Shown here piece after piece: positions 43,629-52,882 of a DNA stretch of 64,000 nucleotides. This stretch comes from a bacterium (GTDB lineage Bacteria; Patescibacteriota; Dojkabacteria; JAKAPS01). The stretch spans positions 1,237 through 65,236 of the forward strand of contig JAKAPS010000001.1 of the NCBI GenBank assembly GCA_021806925.1, written 5' to 3'. The first letter of the stretch is position 1. The number at the start of each line of letters is the position of its first letter. Under the pieces are notes generated by a model. It was not told the DNA's origin and searched no databases. It worked only from the letters and a program-made list of their open reading frames with translations. Made by a program: the position numbers and the translations under genes.

Positions 43629-44768
43629 TTACAAAAGTATTTTATCAAGTGTTAGTAATGCTTCTTTAAACGGAATAATATCAATACCATCTATATACTG
43701 CATTACACTACCCCCATATATAACATGACATATAGCTGACGGATAATCCTTCCTGAATATCTTAAGATTTCTAATATCATTTGATGATATATTTCTTTTA
43801 CTCTTAATTTCGAAAGCATGAAGCTTATTATCATTGTATGCAATAAAATCCACCTCTACACCGCTTTTTGTCCTGTAATAATACAACTTATACCCTAGCT
43901 GCAAGTAATCATTGATTGCAAGTAAATTTTGAAAAAAAAGACTTTCTAATGCAATACCGCCTATTTCCTCAGGTTTATCAAATACACCATTTGGTCTTAT
44001 TGCTCTATATATTCCTACATCAAAAAAATAAAATTTACTATGGTTTATTAACCGTCTCTTCGCCTTTTTTGAAAAAAAAGGCAATCTTAAACCAACTAAC
44101 AGATCCTCAAGTATATTAAAATAAATTTCTACAACTTTCCTACCAACTGATGATTCTCTTCCAACCTCAGAAATATTTAACACTGAACCTTGTGAGAAGC
44201 TTGCAGCTTCTAAAAATCTTGAGAAAGATCCAATATTACGAGTGATCCCCTCTTGAATTATCTCTTGTTGCAGATATGTTTTAACATAATCTGATATATA
44301 CTTTTTCATATCTTCCTCATAAAATACTGATGGTAATCCACCAAATTCCAAGTAATTTTTCAGAGATAATCTCTCCCCCAATTCAATAGCAGTAAGTGGA
44401 TACATAAAGTATGTTAATGCCCTTCCACCTAGTAGGTTCTGTCCGCTTTTTCTTAGTTTCCTTGCACTAGAACCAGTTAATATAAATTTGTATTTCTCTA
44501 CCTCTATTAGACGATGCACCTCATTTAGTAATTCTGGGACCATTTGGATTTCGTCAATTATTATCCAATCTTTAAAATCTTGTTTAATAAAATCTGATAA
44601 TCTTGAAGGATTAGCAACAAGCCTTGTATATGTTTCTGAGTACAATAGGTCTATGTATATTGCGTTAGGAAATGTATTTTTAACCCATGTTGTTTTACCA
44701 GTCCCCCTTGCTCCAAATAAAAAGAAACTCTTGTTGGAAGGGAATTTTTTAAGTAGTCTTGTATACAT
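43629..44768 (-). CDS. Second AAA_14 / DUF4143 ATPase with PD-(D/E)XK-like C-terminus
   Basis: MYTR, FGARGTGKT, IIDEIQ, TGSSAR, GGLP, KFYFFDVG, EVDF...FEIK; start placed at ATG 44768 after TGTTATACT. Confidence 0.9.
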   Translation of the reverse strand: MYTRLLKKFPSNKSFFLFGARGTGKTTWVKNTFPNAIYIDLLYSETYTRLVANPSRLSDFIKQDFKDWIIIDEIQMVPELLNEVHRLIEVEKYKFILTGSSARKLRKSGQNLLGGRALTYFMYPLTAIELGERLSLKNYLEFGGLPSVFYEEDMKKYISDYVKTYLQQEIIQEGITRNIGSFSRFLEAASFSQGSVLNISEVGRESSVGRKVVEIYFNILEDLLVGLRLPFFSKKAKRRLINHSKFYFFDVGIYRAIRPNGVFDKPEEIGGIALESLFFQNLLAINDYLQLGYKLYYYRTKSGVEVDFIAYNDNKLHAFEIKSKRNISSNDIRNLKIFRKDYPSAICHVIYGGSVMQYIDGIDIIPFKEALLTLDKILL

Positions 44769-44825
44769 ACTAGCATAGTATAACACACAAATACGGAGAA
44801 ATGGAATGGAAAATTCCAAAATGCC

Positions 44826-44858
44826 TGCCAAAATGGAGTTAGCGATTCCATTTTGACA
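44826..44858. promoter_or_regulatory. Inverted repeat upstream of the second AAA gene (operator or terminator)
   Basis: TGCCAAAATGGA-n9-TCCATTTTGACA, 11 of 12 positions paired. Confidence 0.5.
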
Positions 44859-44934
44859 TAATTTTACATCTATAAAAAACTGCAATAAATCCACCAATTA
44901 CATGGTAAAGTCGATTATTATACGCATTATACCC

Positions 44935-45204
44935 CTATTTTATAGTGTTTGATCTATTTATAACTTCTAGTGGTTGTTTTCTTCCACCAGCAATATTTAA
45001 TATATCAAAAGGGTCCTGAATGTATGTAAATACTATCGTGTATAGAATAATAAAAACAGGAACATAAATTGTTATTGCTACAATAAAATGATATATGGAA
45101 ATAAAGCCAAAATAATTAAATATTTTACCACCAAATACATAAAATACGACTAGAAATAAAATAACAATTAATGCTTCTATTATACAACCAATTTGATTTT
45201 TCAT
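44935..45204 (-). CDS. Small two-TM membrane protein
   Basis: Two hydrophobic helices; ATGA overlap with the Clp gene. Confidence 0.6.
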   Translation of the reverse strand: MKNQIGCIIEALIVILFLVVFYVFGGKIFNYFGFISIYHFIVAITIYVPVFIILYTIVFTYIQDPFDILNIAGGRKQPLEVINRSNTIK

Positions 45205-47303
45205 TCTTCTATATTCCAGTTTATATTATCACCAGATTTTATATCCCCTTGTATTATTTTTTCAACAATAGGGTCTTCAATTTTCTCCTCAACCATTCTC
45301 TTTAATGGTCTTGCACCATATTTATCAGAAATGCCATTCTTTGCAATAAATTCAATTGATTCATCTGGTACTGTCAATGTTATATTCTTATCTTTTAATC
45401 TACTAGCTAAATCTTTAATAAATATCTCAACTATTTTCTTTCCAGCATCAACATTTAGTTTGTTGAATTTAATTATCTTATCAATTCTATTTAAAAATTC
45501 AACTCTAAAGAATGTATTAAGCTTATACTCATCAACAATATTTGACGTCATAATAATAATTGTGTTCTTAAAATCAACAGTTTTACCCTGTCCATCAGTA
45601 AGTCTACCATCATCAAGAACTTGCAAAAATATATCAAATATTTTTGGATTTGCTTTTTCGACCTCATCAAGAAGAATTAAAGAATATGGTTTCTGCAACA
45701 CTTTATTTGTTAATTGGCCGCCTTCCTCATATCCTACATAACCTGGAGGAGCTCCAACCAATCTATCAACAGTATGCGTCTCTGAGTATTCACTCATATC
45801 AATTCTAATCATTGCACTTTCATCCTTGTATATTACATTGGCAAGTGCTTTTGCTAATTGAGTTTTTCCAGTACCAGACGGACCAAGAAATAGGAATGAT
45901 CCAATGGGTCTCTTTGGATCTCTTAATCCAGCACGTGACCTCTTTATAGTCTTTGATACTGCCTCAACTGCTTCATCCTGACCAATAACACTCTTTTCAA
46001 GTATATTTTCTAGATTCTGCAAATCCTGTATTTCCTGTAAAGAAATATCCTCAATAGGTATATTTGTTTTTTGAGCAAGAACAAATTTCATAGTACTTAT
46101 AGATATCTCGTCTTCATTCTTTATTTTTGATTGAGAAATTGAATCATCAATAAGAGAAATTGCACTCGCAGGTAAAAAAGTATCATGTATGTACCTTTTT
46201 GCAAGTGAAATAGCTAAATCTGAAAATCCATTTTCAAATTTCACACCTTTTTCTCTCTCAATGTATGAAACAACAATTTTTTTCACTAAGTCAGCCTCAG
46301 GTTCATCCATAAAAACAATTTCACTATTCTTTATCAAATTCTTGTTATTCTTCATCATCAATTGATATAGAGAGAAATCAATTGGAATTACTGCGTAAAA
46401 TGGAGATAATAGGATATCATTTATTAAGTCTTCATAATCCTCTTTAAGTGTCCTGTTATCAGATCCGTTTGATTCAAGATTTTCTAAATATATAACTACC
46501 TTATTCTTGTTATTTAGTACACTTGATATTTTCTTTATATTATATATTCTTTCTAAATAATCTGGTTTTGATAAATCAACATCATATATTATCGATCCCT
46601 TGAATATGGAATCATTACCATCTGAAATATTTGCAAGCAGGTATTTTGTTGATTTCTTACCTATTCCGTCATTTCCAACTAATAGTACATTTCTTTTTGT
46701 GTTTTTGTAGAATATCCTTATAATCTGTTCTGTTATATTATCCCTTGGAATATACGATTCATCAGCTTGTAAATTAATTAATGGATTATCCTCATCACTT
46801 TCTTTGTTATTAAGAAATTCTGATGAATATATATCAGTAGATTTTTCATTTGGTATATTTAGAGATTTTGCAATGAAATTAGAATCAATATCAATATATT
46901 TTTTTCTTGCTAGTGCATATAGAAGAGTACAAGGCGTAACAAATTTGTAATTTAAAGTTATTGATATATTGGTAGCATCAATTAAGCATTCATTAACCGA
47001 CTGTTTCATCGTTATTTTATCTATATTCTTCAATCCATTCTTCCCAGATGACTTTGATTCGTCATTTATCTTGTTACTACAATTACTTATGAATGAATTT
47101 TGGAATCCCATCTTCCTTACTATATCAATAGATTCTGTATCTATATTAAGTATTGCATATGCAATTACATCCTCATTTATCTCTTTAATTTTCTTCCTAT
47201 AGCAAATAGAACCAGACATAGATAATACGTCAAGCAATGTTTCAGATAAGAATGCTGTTAAATCTATAATATTAAAACTTTTAACTCCATCTCTATTATC
47301 CAT
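45201..47303 (-). CDS. ClpA/B/C-family ATPase with degenerate NBD1 and intact NBD2
   Basis: NBD2: VIGQDEAV, GPSGTGKT, DMSEYSE, GAPPGYVG, LLDEVEK, GARPLKR. NBD1 Walker A is GNDGIGKKS and Walker B is altered (IYLENLE). Confidence 0.9.
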   Translation of the reverse strand: MDNRDGVKSFNIIDLTAFLSETLLDVLSMSGSICYRKKIKEINEDVIAYAILNIDTESIDIVRKMGFQNSFISNCSNKINDESKSSGKNGLKNIDKITMKQSVNECLIDATNISITLNYKFVTPCTLLYALARKKYIDIDSNFIAKSLNIPNEKSTDIYSSEFLNNKESDEDNPLINLQADESYIPRDNITEQIIRIFYKNTKRNVLLVGNDGIGKKSTKYLLANISDGNDSIFKGSIIYDVDLSKPDYLERIYNIKKISSVLNNKNKVVIYLENLESNGSDNRTLKEDYEDLINDILLSPFYAVIPIDFSLYQLMMKNNKNLIKNSEIVFMDEPEADLVKKIVVSYIEREKGVKFENGFSDLAISLAKRYIHDTFLPASAISLIDDSISQSKIKNEDEISISTMKFVLAQKTNIPIEDISLQEIQDLQNLENILEKSVIGQDEAVEAVSKTIKRSRAGLRDPKRPIGSFLFLGPSGTGKTQLAKALANVIYKDESAMIRIDMSEYSETHTVDRLVGAPPGYVGYEEGGQLTNKVLQKPYSLILLDEVEKANPKIFDIFLQVLDDGRLTDGQGKTVDFKNTIIIMTSNIVDEYKLNTFFRVEFLNRIDKIIKFNKLNVDAGKKIVEIFIKDLASRLKDKNITLTVPDESIEFIAKNGISDKYGARPLKRMVEEKIEDPIVEKIIQGDIKSGDNINWNIEE

Positions 47304-47305
47304 AA

Positions 47306-47578
47306 TTAGAATGTAATAAATATAACATAGTAAGTAATTGCTAATGTGATTAGAAATACAAGTGACGTAGCTGAAAGCACTATAATTCTATATACTTTAT
47401 TCTTTTCCCTTATCTTAACATTTACAAATAACGGGTATTTATATGTAAATTTGAAACCATGTTCAGAAACCAGAAAAGATCCAAAATTAAAACAGTTATC
47501 GCACCCTTTCCCATGGCATACATGACACCTCTCAACCTTAAATGTTCCATATACACTTTTAATTTGATTTAAATCCAT
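47306..47578 (-). CDS. Small protein with DnaJ-like Zn motif and C-terminal TM
   Basis: CHVCHGKGCDNCFNFG; hydrophobic C-terminus. Confidence 0.65.
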   Translation of the reverse strand: MDLNQIKSVYGTFKVERCHVCHGKGCDNCFNFGSFLVSEHGFKFTYKYPLFVNVKIREKNKVYRIIVLSATSLVFLITLAITYYVIFITF

Positions 47579-47740
47579 TACCCTAATGTATATTATACAT
47601 AATTATTGATCTGATTCAAGAATTATGTAGATTCTAATATTCAATTGTTAATCTTCTTCCCAACTTGATTAGTTTATGTGATGAAATGAATGATAATATA
47701 TACCACATTCCTTAAGAAACTTTTAACGATTTTTAATTTA

Positions 47741-47769
47741 TTGACAAAATCCATATAAGTGTTTAGTCT
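47741..47769 (+). promoter_or_regulatory. sigma70-type promoter of the histone-like gene
   Basis: TTGACA (47741-47746), 17 bp, TAGTCT (47764-47769). Confidence 0.55.
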
Positions 47770-47815
47770 AAATATAGTGTTAATAAAAATACAAGAAGGG
47801 GGTGACATATAGATT

Positions 47816-47923
47816 ATGGCAGTAGCAAAAAAGAAACCAGCTGCAAAAAAGGTTGTAAAAAAGACCGTAAAGAAGGCTGCACCTAAAAAGAAAACCGCAA
47901 CTAAAAAATCAACAAAAAGATAA
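47816..47923 (+). CDS. 35-aa Lys/Ala-rich histone H1-like small basic protein (not in the ORF track)
   Basis: MAVAKKKPAAKKVVKKTVKKAAPKKKTATKKSTKR; SD-like AAGGGGGTGA upstream; own promoter and terminator. Confidence 0.8.
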   Translation: MAVAKKKPAAKKVVKKTVKKAAPKKKTATKKSTKR

Positions 47924-47945
47924 TAATTTTTCTTTATTGATTTAG

Positions 47946-47975
47946 ATAGCCCTTGATTTTTTGAGGGCTATTTTT
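47946..47975 (+). terminator. Intrinsic terminator after the histone-like gene
   Basis: ATAGCCCT-n10-AGGGCTAT followed by a T run. Confidence 0.75.
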
Positions 47976-48027
47976 ATTTCTATTTTTTTCGCTTATACTG
48001 TTAGAATATATTTCAGTAAATATCTTT

Positions 48028-50163
48028 ATGGATAATTCTCTTAACGATAAACAAAAGGAAGCTGTTGAATATTTTGACTCACCACTTCTTGTAATAGCAG
48101 GAGCAGGTAGCGGAAAAACAAAGACACTTACATATAAAATATATTTTTTAATAAAGGAATTAAAATATAGTCCACAAAATATATTAGCAGTCACTTTCAC
48201 AAATAAAGCTGCTAATGAAATGAAAACCCGTATAAATGAATTATTAAATGAAAATATATCCCTTCCATTTTTAGGGACATTTCACTCAATTTGTGTGAAA
48301 ATACTTAGGAGCCATGGTAATATATTGGAAATACCCAACAATTTCAACATATATGATACATCTGATAGCGAGAAGGCAATACTACAAGCGATGGAAATAT
48401 TAAGAATTTCGCCTAAATCGATATCAGTGAAATCCGCTAAATCATTCATACAAAATTGTAAAAATGAATTAACTGCACCTGAAGACTACCCTGTTTATTC
48501 AAACTCTGCAAGTGGTTTGATATCAATCTATAACACATATACAGAAATCTTAAAACAAAGTAAGGCTCTTGATTTTGACGATCTATTACTTAAGACTGTT
48601 GAATTACTTAAGTATAGAGACGAATTGGAATATTTTAGAAATAAATTTCAATATATTTTAGTTGATGAGTATCAGGATACCAATGTTGCACAATATACAT
48701 TAATAAAGATGCTTGTTGGAGATAGAAATAATATATTTTGTGTAGGTGATCCTGATCAAAATATCTATTCATTTAGAGGAGCAAATATAAATAATATATT
48801 GAATTTTGAAAAAGACTATAAAAATTGTAAAGTAATTACATTAGATCAGAATTATAGATCATCGAAAACCATACTTGAGGCTAGTGAAAACATAATAAAG
48901 AAGAATTCACAGAGAAAGGATAAAAACATGTGGACCACAAATCCAAATGGAAACAAAATAATTCATTACTGTGGACTTGATGAAGAAGATGAAGCAAATT
49001 TTGTTAAAGATATAGTTTTAAAAAATTATGATAAAAATGATATCGCTGTTCTTTATAGGACAAATGCACAATCCCGTGCAATTGAAGAAGTTTTGATAAG
49101 ATACGCAATATCATATAGGCTAATAGGTGGATTAAAGTTTTATGACAGAAAAGAGATAAAAGATTTATTAGCTTTCTTTAAATTAATTCACAACCCATAT
49201 GATACAATATCATTTTCAAGAATAATAAACATACCTCCAAGGGGAATAGGTGCTGTAACAATAAAAAGAATTATTTCAAATGCATTAAATAATCAAACTG
49301 ATTTAGTGTCTGCTTTATTAAATGATAAAAAATTAATGAGTAAAGAGGCTATATACAACTTTTCAAATTCATTAAAAGAATGGATTGAAAATATCAAAAA
49401 CAATAAAACAAATTTAAAGGACTTACTTGTTGATATTTTATACAAAACTAAATATCTGGAATATATTAAAAAATCTGAAGAGGAAGATTTTGAGACAAGA
49501 AAAGAAAATATATCTGAATTGTTTACAGTTATAAACTCATATATATTAGGTGATGACGCAGCTAATTTGCTAAACAAGTTCATTGAAGATACAGCTCTTG
49601 TTGAAAATACTTCTGATAATAACCTTGATGAAGAAAACAATAAACCACAGGTAACTTTAATGAGCATTCATAACGCTAAGGGGCTGGAGTTTCATACAGT
49701 AATATTAACTGGACTTGAGGAAGGTCTTTTTCCTCATTCAAGATCGCTAAATGAGCCTAATGATATGGAAGAAGAAAGGAGACTATGCTATGTTGCAGTT
49801 ACAAGAGCAATTAAGCAATTATACATAACTCATACGTATGTAAGAAATATTTATGGACAGAGTACACAAAATAGAAAGTCAAGATTTATTGATGATATTC
49901 CAAGCAATCTTATTGAAGAATTTAAAGGGAAAAAAGCAAAGAAACGTGAAAGTAAATACAATAATACTAAATCAACTAGCACTGAAGAAGGTTTCAATGA
50001 TATGACATACATGTTAAAGACTGGACAAAGAGTTAATCATGAAATATATGGTGCTGGTAATATTATTGATTTTGATAAAGAAATAGTTTTAATTGATTTT
50101 GATAACTATGGGAAAAAGAAGATACTTATCTCTTTTGCTGATAATTTAGAATTATTGAAGTAA
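48028..50163 (+). CDS. pcrA: UvrD/PcrA DNA helicase
   Basis: AGAGSGKT, VTFTNKAA, LVDEYQD, VGDPDQNIYSFRGA, NYRS, HNAKGLEF, EEERRLCYVAVTRA. Confidence 0.95.
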   Translation: MDNSLNDKQKEAVEYFDSPLLVIAGAGSGKTKTLTYKIYFLIKELKYSPQNILAVTFTNKAANEMKTRINELLNENISLPFLGTFHSICVKILRSHGNILEIPNNFNIYDTSDSEKAILQAMEILRISPKSISVKSAKSFIQNCKNELTAPEDYPVYSNSASGLISIYNTYTEILKQSKALDFDDLLLKTVELLKYRDELEYFRNKFQYILVDEYQDTNVAQYTLIKMLVGDRNNIFCVGDPDQNIYSFRGANINNILNFEKDYKNCKVITLDQNYRSSKTILEASENIIKKNSQRKDKNMWTTNPNGNKIIHYCGLDEEDEANFVKDIVLKNYDKNDIAVLYRTNAQSRAIEEVLIRYAISYRLIGGLKFYDRKEIKDLLAFFKLIHNPYDTISFSRIINIPPRGIGAVTIKRIISNALNNQTDLVSALLNDKKLMSKEAIYNFSNSLKEWIENIKNNKTNLKDLLVDILYKTKYLEYIKKSEEEDFETRKENISELFTVINSYILGDDAANLLNKFIEDTALVENTSDNNLDEENNKPQVTLMSIHNAKGLEFHTVILTGLEEGLFPHSRSLNEPNDMEEERRLCYVAVTRAIKQLYITHTYVRNIYGQSTQNRKSRFIDDIPSNLIEEFKGKKAKKRESKYNNTKSTSTEEGFNDMTYMLKTGQRVNHEIYGAGNIIDFDKEIVLIDFDNYGKKKILISFADNLELLK

Positions 50164-50179
50164 AGATTAAATTAAGAAA

Positions 50180-51025
50180 ATGGGAAATACAAGAATAGAA
50201 AATATAAATGCACTGATTAAGGCCTGCCAAAACAAGATGGTAAGAACAGAATTCATTAGTAATAATGCAGTAATTGTTGATAATAGATTCTTATTCATAA
50301 ACTTTAAAACACCGCTTAATTCATCTTCATTTGAAAAATTATGCAACGATAAAGATTTCTCATTTATTGCATTTGGTAAACATGTAAAAATACCGAGATA
50401 TATATCTTTTCTTGACCCTAACATTGATAAAAAGTACAAGGACATGGGATTTACTGTATATGATTCAATTGAGGACATAGCGTGTGAAATATATAGGCAA
50501 TTTGAAAACAATATGCCATGCATTATAAAAAAGAACTCAGGTAGTCTTGGAGTTAACGTGTTCAAGACAGGAAACTATGATGACATTCTATCTGCTGTTA
50601 ATAAGATATTTAATAATGACAAGAATTATGACTATCTTCTAATTGCGTCTGAATATATTTATATAAAGACAGAGTATAGAGTTGTTGTTTTAAATAATAA
50701 GATTGAACTTGTTTACCTTAAAGACAATTCAGGTGCAAAATTTGTAGGAAATCTATCCCCTCTTCATTTTGATAATTCAAAAGCAGTAAAGATTATGGAC
50801 AGTAAAGTTATAAAACGTATAGAGATGTTTTTGAAACCTTTGTTTGATAATTTTGCGATTAATTTTGCAGGATTTGATATTGCAATAGATAATAATAATG
50901 AAATGTATTTCATTGAAATAAACTCTTCACCTGGATTTGAGATATATATAAGGGATAATGGATATAATGATATAGTAATCCTTTATGAAAAAATGATTGA
51001 ATATTTAAATAAGTTGCCTAAATAA
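50180..51025 (+). CDS. RimK-like ATP-grasp protein
   Basis: CNDKD, PCIIKKNSGSLGVNV, EYRVV, AGFDI, FIEINSSPGF. Confidence 0.8.
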   Translation: MGNTRIENINALIKACQNKMVRTEFISNNAVIVDNRFLFINFKTPLNSSSFEKLCNDKDFSFIAFGKHVKIPRYISFLDPNIDKKYKDMGFTVYDSIEDIACEIYRQFENNMPCIIKKNSGSLGVNVFKTGNYDDILSAVNKIFNNDKNYDYLLIASEYIYIKTEYRVVVLNNKIELVYLKDNSGAKFVGNLSPLHFDNSKAVKIMDSKVIKRIEMFLKPLFDNFAINFAGFDIAIDNNNEMYFIEINSSPGFEIYIRDNGYNDIVILYEKMIEYLNKLPK

Positions 51026-51050
51026 ATATTTCTAATCTAAAATAAATGTA

Positions 51051-52778
51051 ATGTATATAAAGGATGTTATAAAAGATGCTAAGCAATATGCCAGGCATCT
51101 TGGAAAAATGCGAGTTAGCCCAAATATTCTTCTTTTTGCAATGTTGAAAGATAAAAAAATAGAAGCTGATTTCGTAATTAACAATTCAAATATAAATTTT
51201 TTAAAATATATACTTAATCCGAATGTTCTAAAAACAACAAATTCTCCTAGAAACATTCAGCTTTCAACTTCTCTTCAGCGTATTGTATCAGGATATAAGA
51301 GGAGTGACTCGGCATATGATCTGTTTATACGTCTACACAATGAGAAATACATACGGGATATATTAAGTATTGCTGATTATTCATATAAACAGAATGAGGA
51401 TTTGTATGGTTTTTTCATAAAAAAATATTGTAACAAATTACAGACAGGTAAAGTACTTGATAAGCAAGTTCCTGTATATAGGAAAATGCTTAGGGCATCA
51501 AAGCACCATAATATATCTCTAATAACTTCAAGCGGAAATATGTCGAGCGAAGTCATAAAAAATTTTGCAAAATATGTTGATAAAAAGAGTACAATATTTT
51601 CATTTGATTTATTCAAATTACTTTCTGAGTCTGAGGGCAGTCTATTTTCTATTGTAAGCGGAATATTTAGTGAGATTGATAACAACTATATATATATCCC
51701 TAATTTTCTACAGACAGTGTATTGGATTAAGGCACTCAACTACAAGGACCTATATATGTTGCTTCTTACAAAATCAAAACAATGTAAAATAATAACTAAA
51801 GTATCAAGAAATAGACTTGATAGAGATATTTATGCTGAAGGGAATATAATGAATATGTTCTTTATAAATTCACCACAAGTAACTTTTAATGAATTAAGGG
51901 ATATATTATGCGAAAAGGCAAAAGAGTATGAACTATTCTATGACATCAATATAACATCAAAGGAAATTGATGATGCAATAAAATCAAGTATTGAGTTTTC
52001 AAAATATTTATCCCAACCAGCAAGTTCGATTAAAATGCTTTCAAGAACTGCACTGATTAAATATTCTAATGAGGAAGAAAAGTTTAATATAGATCACAAC
52101 AATGATAATATACAGAACAATGTAAATAAATTATTAAAATTAAAAACAATTCTTCTTGATAATATAATTGGACAAAATCAACAAATAGATAGCTTTGTAG
52201 AATCCTTGGGAAAGGCTAATCTTAACAATGATAATATGATTCTATTGAATTACATATTTGAAGGAGAGTATGGCGTTGGTAAATTCACTTTAGCCAGATT
52301 AACTGCTAACTTCCTTTTTGGTCAGGACTCTATATGTTTTATTGATTTAAGTAATTATGCTAAGACACCATACAAATATAAGTTTGAATATGATTTAAAG
52401 AGAACATTAGAGAGTTTTTATGGTGGAATAATATATTTAGAAAACTTTGATCAAATTGATATGGATGAGATAAATCCGTTAGAATTAATAAAGAAATTAT
52501 TAAAAGAAATACCTCAAAGTTCATATATTCTTGGATGTATTGTTATTGCATCGATTCATAATAATCTACAGAATTTAAAGAATAGTATAAGTATAATCAA
52601 CAACTTCGATAAAATAATAATATTCAATAAATTATCAATTCGAGATCTAGAGAAAATATCTGTAATGGAAACTGTTAAATCAAAGAAATATATAAAAACA
52701 GTTCGTAACCCTCTATTTCTTTCTGTAAATGCAGAGATTAACAATGCACATGATATAAAGGCAATGACACTTAAATAA
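51051..52778 (+). CDS. Highly degenerate Clp/Hsp100-like protein
   Basis: Clp_N-like start (AKQYARHLG...ILLFAML), PASSIKML, LLDNIIGQ, FEGEYGVGKFTLARL, IDLSNY, IYLENFD, FDKIIIFNKL. Confidence 0.65.
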   Translation: MYIKDVIKDAKQYARHLGKMRVSPNILLFAMLKDKKIEADFVINNSNINFLKYILNPNVLKTTNSPRNIQLSTSLQRIVSGYKRSDSAYDLFIRLHNEKYIRDILSIADYSYKQNEDLYGFFIKKYCNKLQTGKVLDKQVPVYRKMLRASKHHNISLITSSGNMSSEVIKNFAKYVDKKSTIFSFDLFKLLSESEGSLFSIVSGIFSEIDNNYIYIPNFLQTVYWIKALNYKDLYMLLLTKSKQCKIITKVSRNRLDRDIYAEGNIMNMFFINSPQVTFNELRDILCEKAKEYELFYDINITSKEIDDAIKSSIEFSKYLSQPASSIKMLSRTALIKYSNEEEKFNIDHNNDNIQNNVNKLLKLKTILLDNIIGQNQQIDSFVESLGKANLNNDNMILLNYIFEGEYGVGKFTLARLTANFLFGQDSICFIDLSNYAKTPYKYKFEYDLKRTLESFYGGIIYLENFDQIDMDEINPLELIKKLLKEIPQSSYILGCIVIASIHNNLQNLKNSISIINNFDKIIIFNKLSIRDLEKISVMETVKSKKYIKTVRNPLFLSVNAEINNAHDIKAMTLK

Positions 52779-52882
52779 GGAGTTAAGTTAGAATTATAAG
52801 ATTTATAGACACATGAAAATTGTATTTTTACTTTAAAATTCAATTATATTATGTTTTCTGGTATCATCAATAGGGAAATTAA

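Noticed and set aside
44769-44897. 43-aa N-terminal extension of the second AAA ATPase
   Set aside because: It covers the promoter-like and palindromic sequence; family members begin near MYTR.
45193-45741. 182-aa plus-strand ORF and similar antisense ORFs (e.g. 13362-13856, 53263-53781, 60042-60473)
   Set aside because: They lie opposite well-supported genes, show typical antisense composition and have no motifs.
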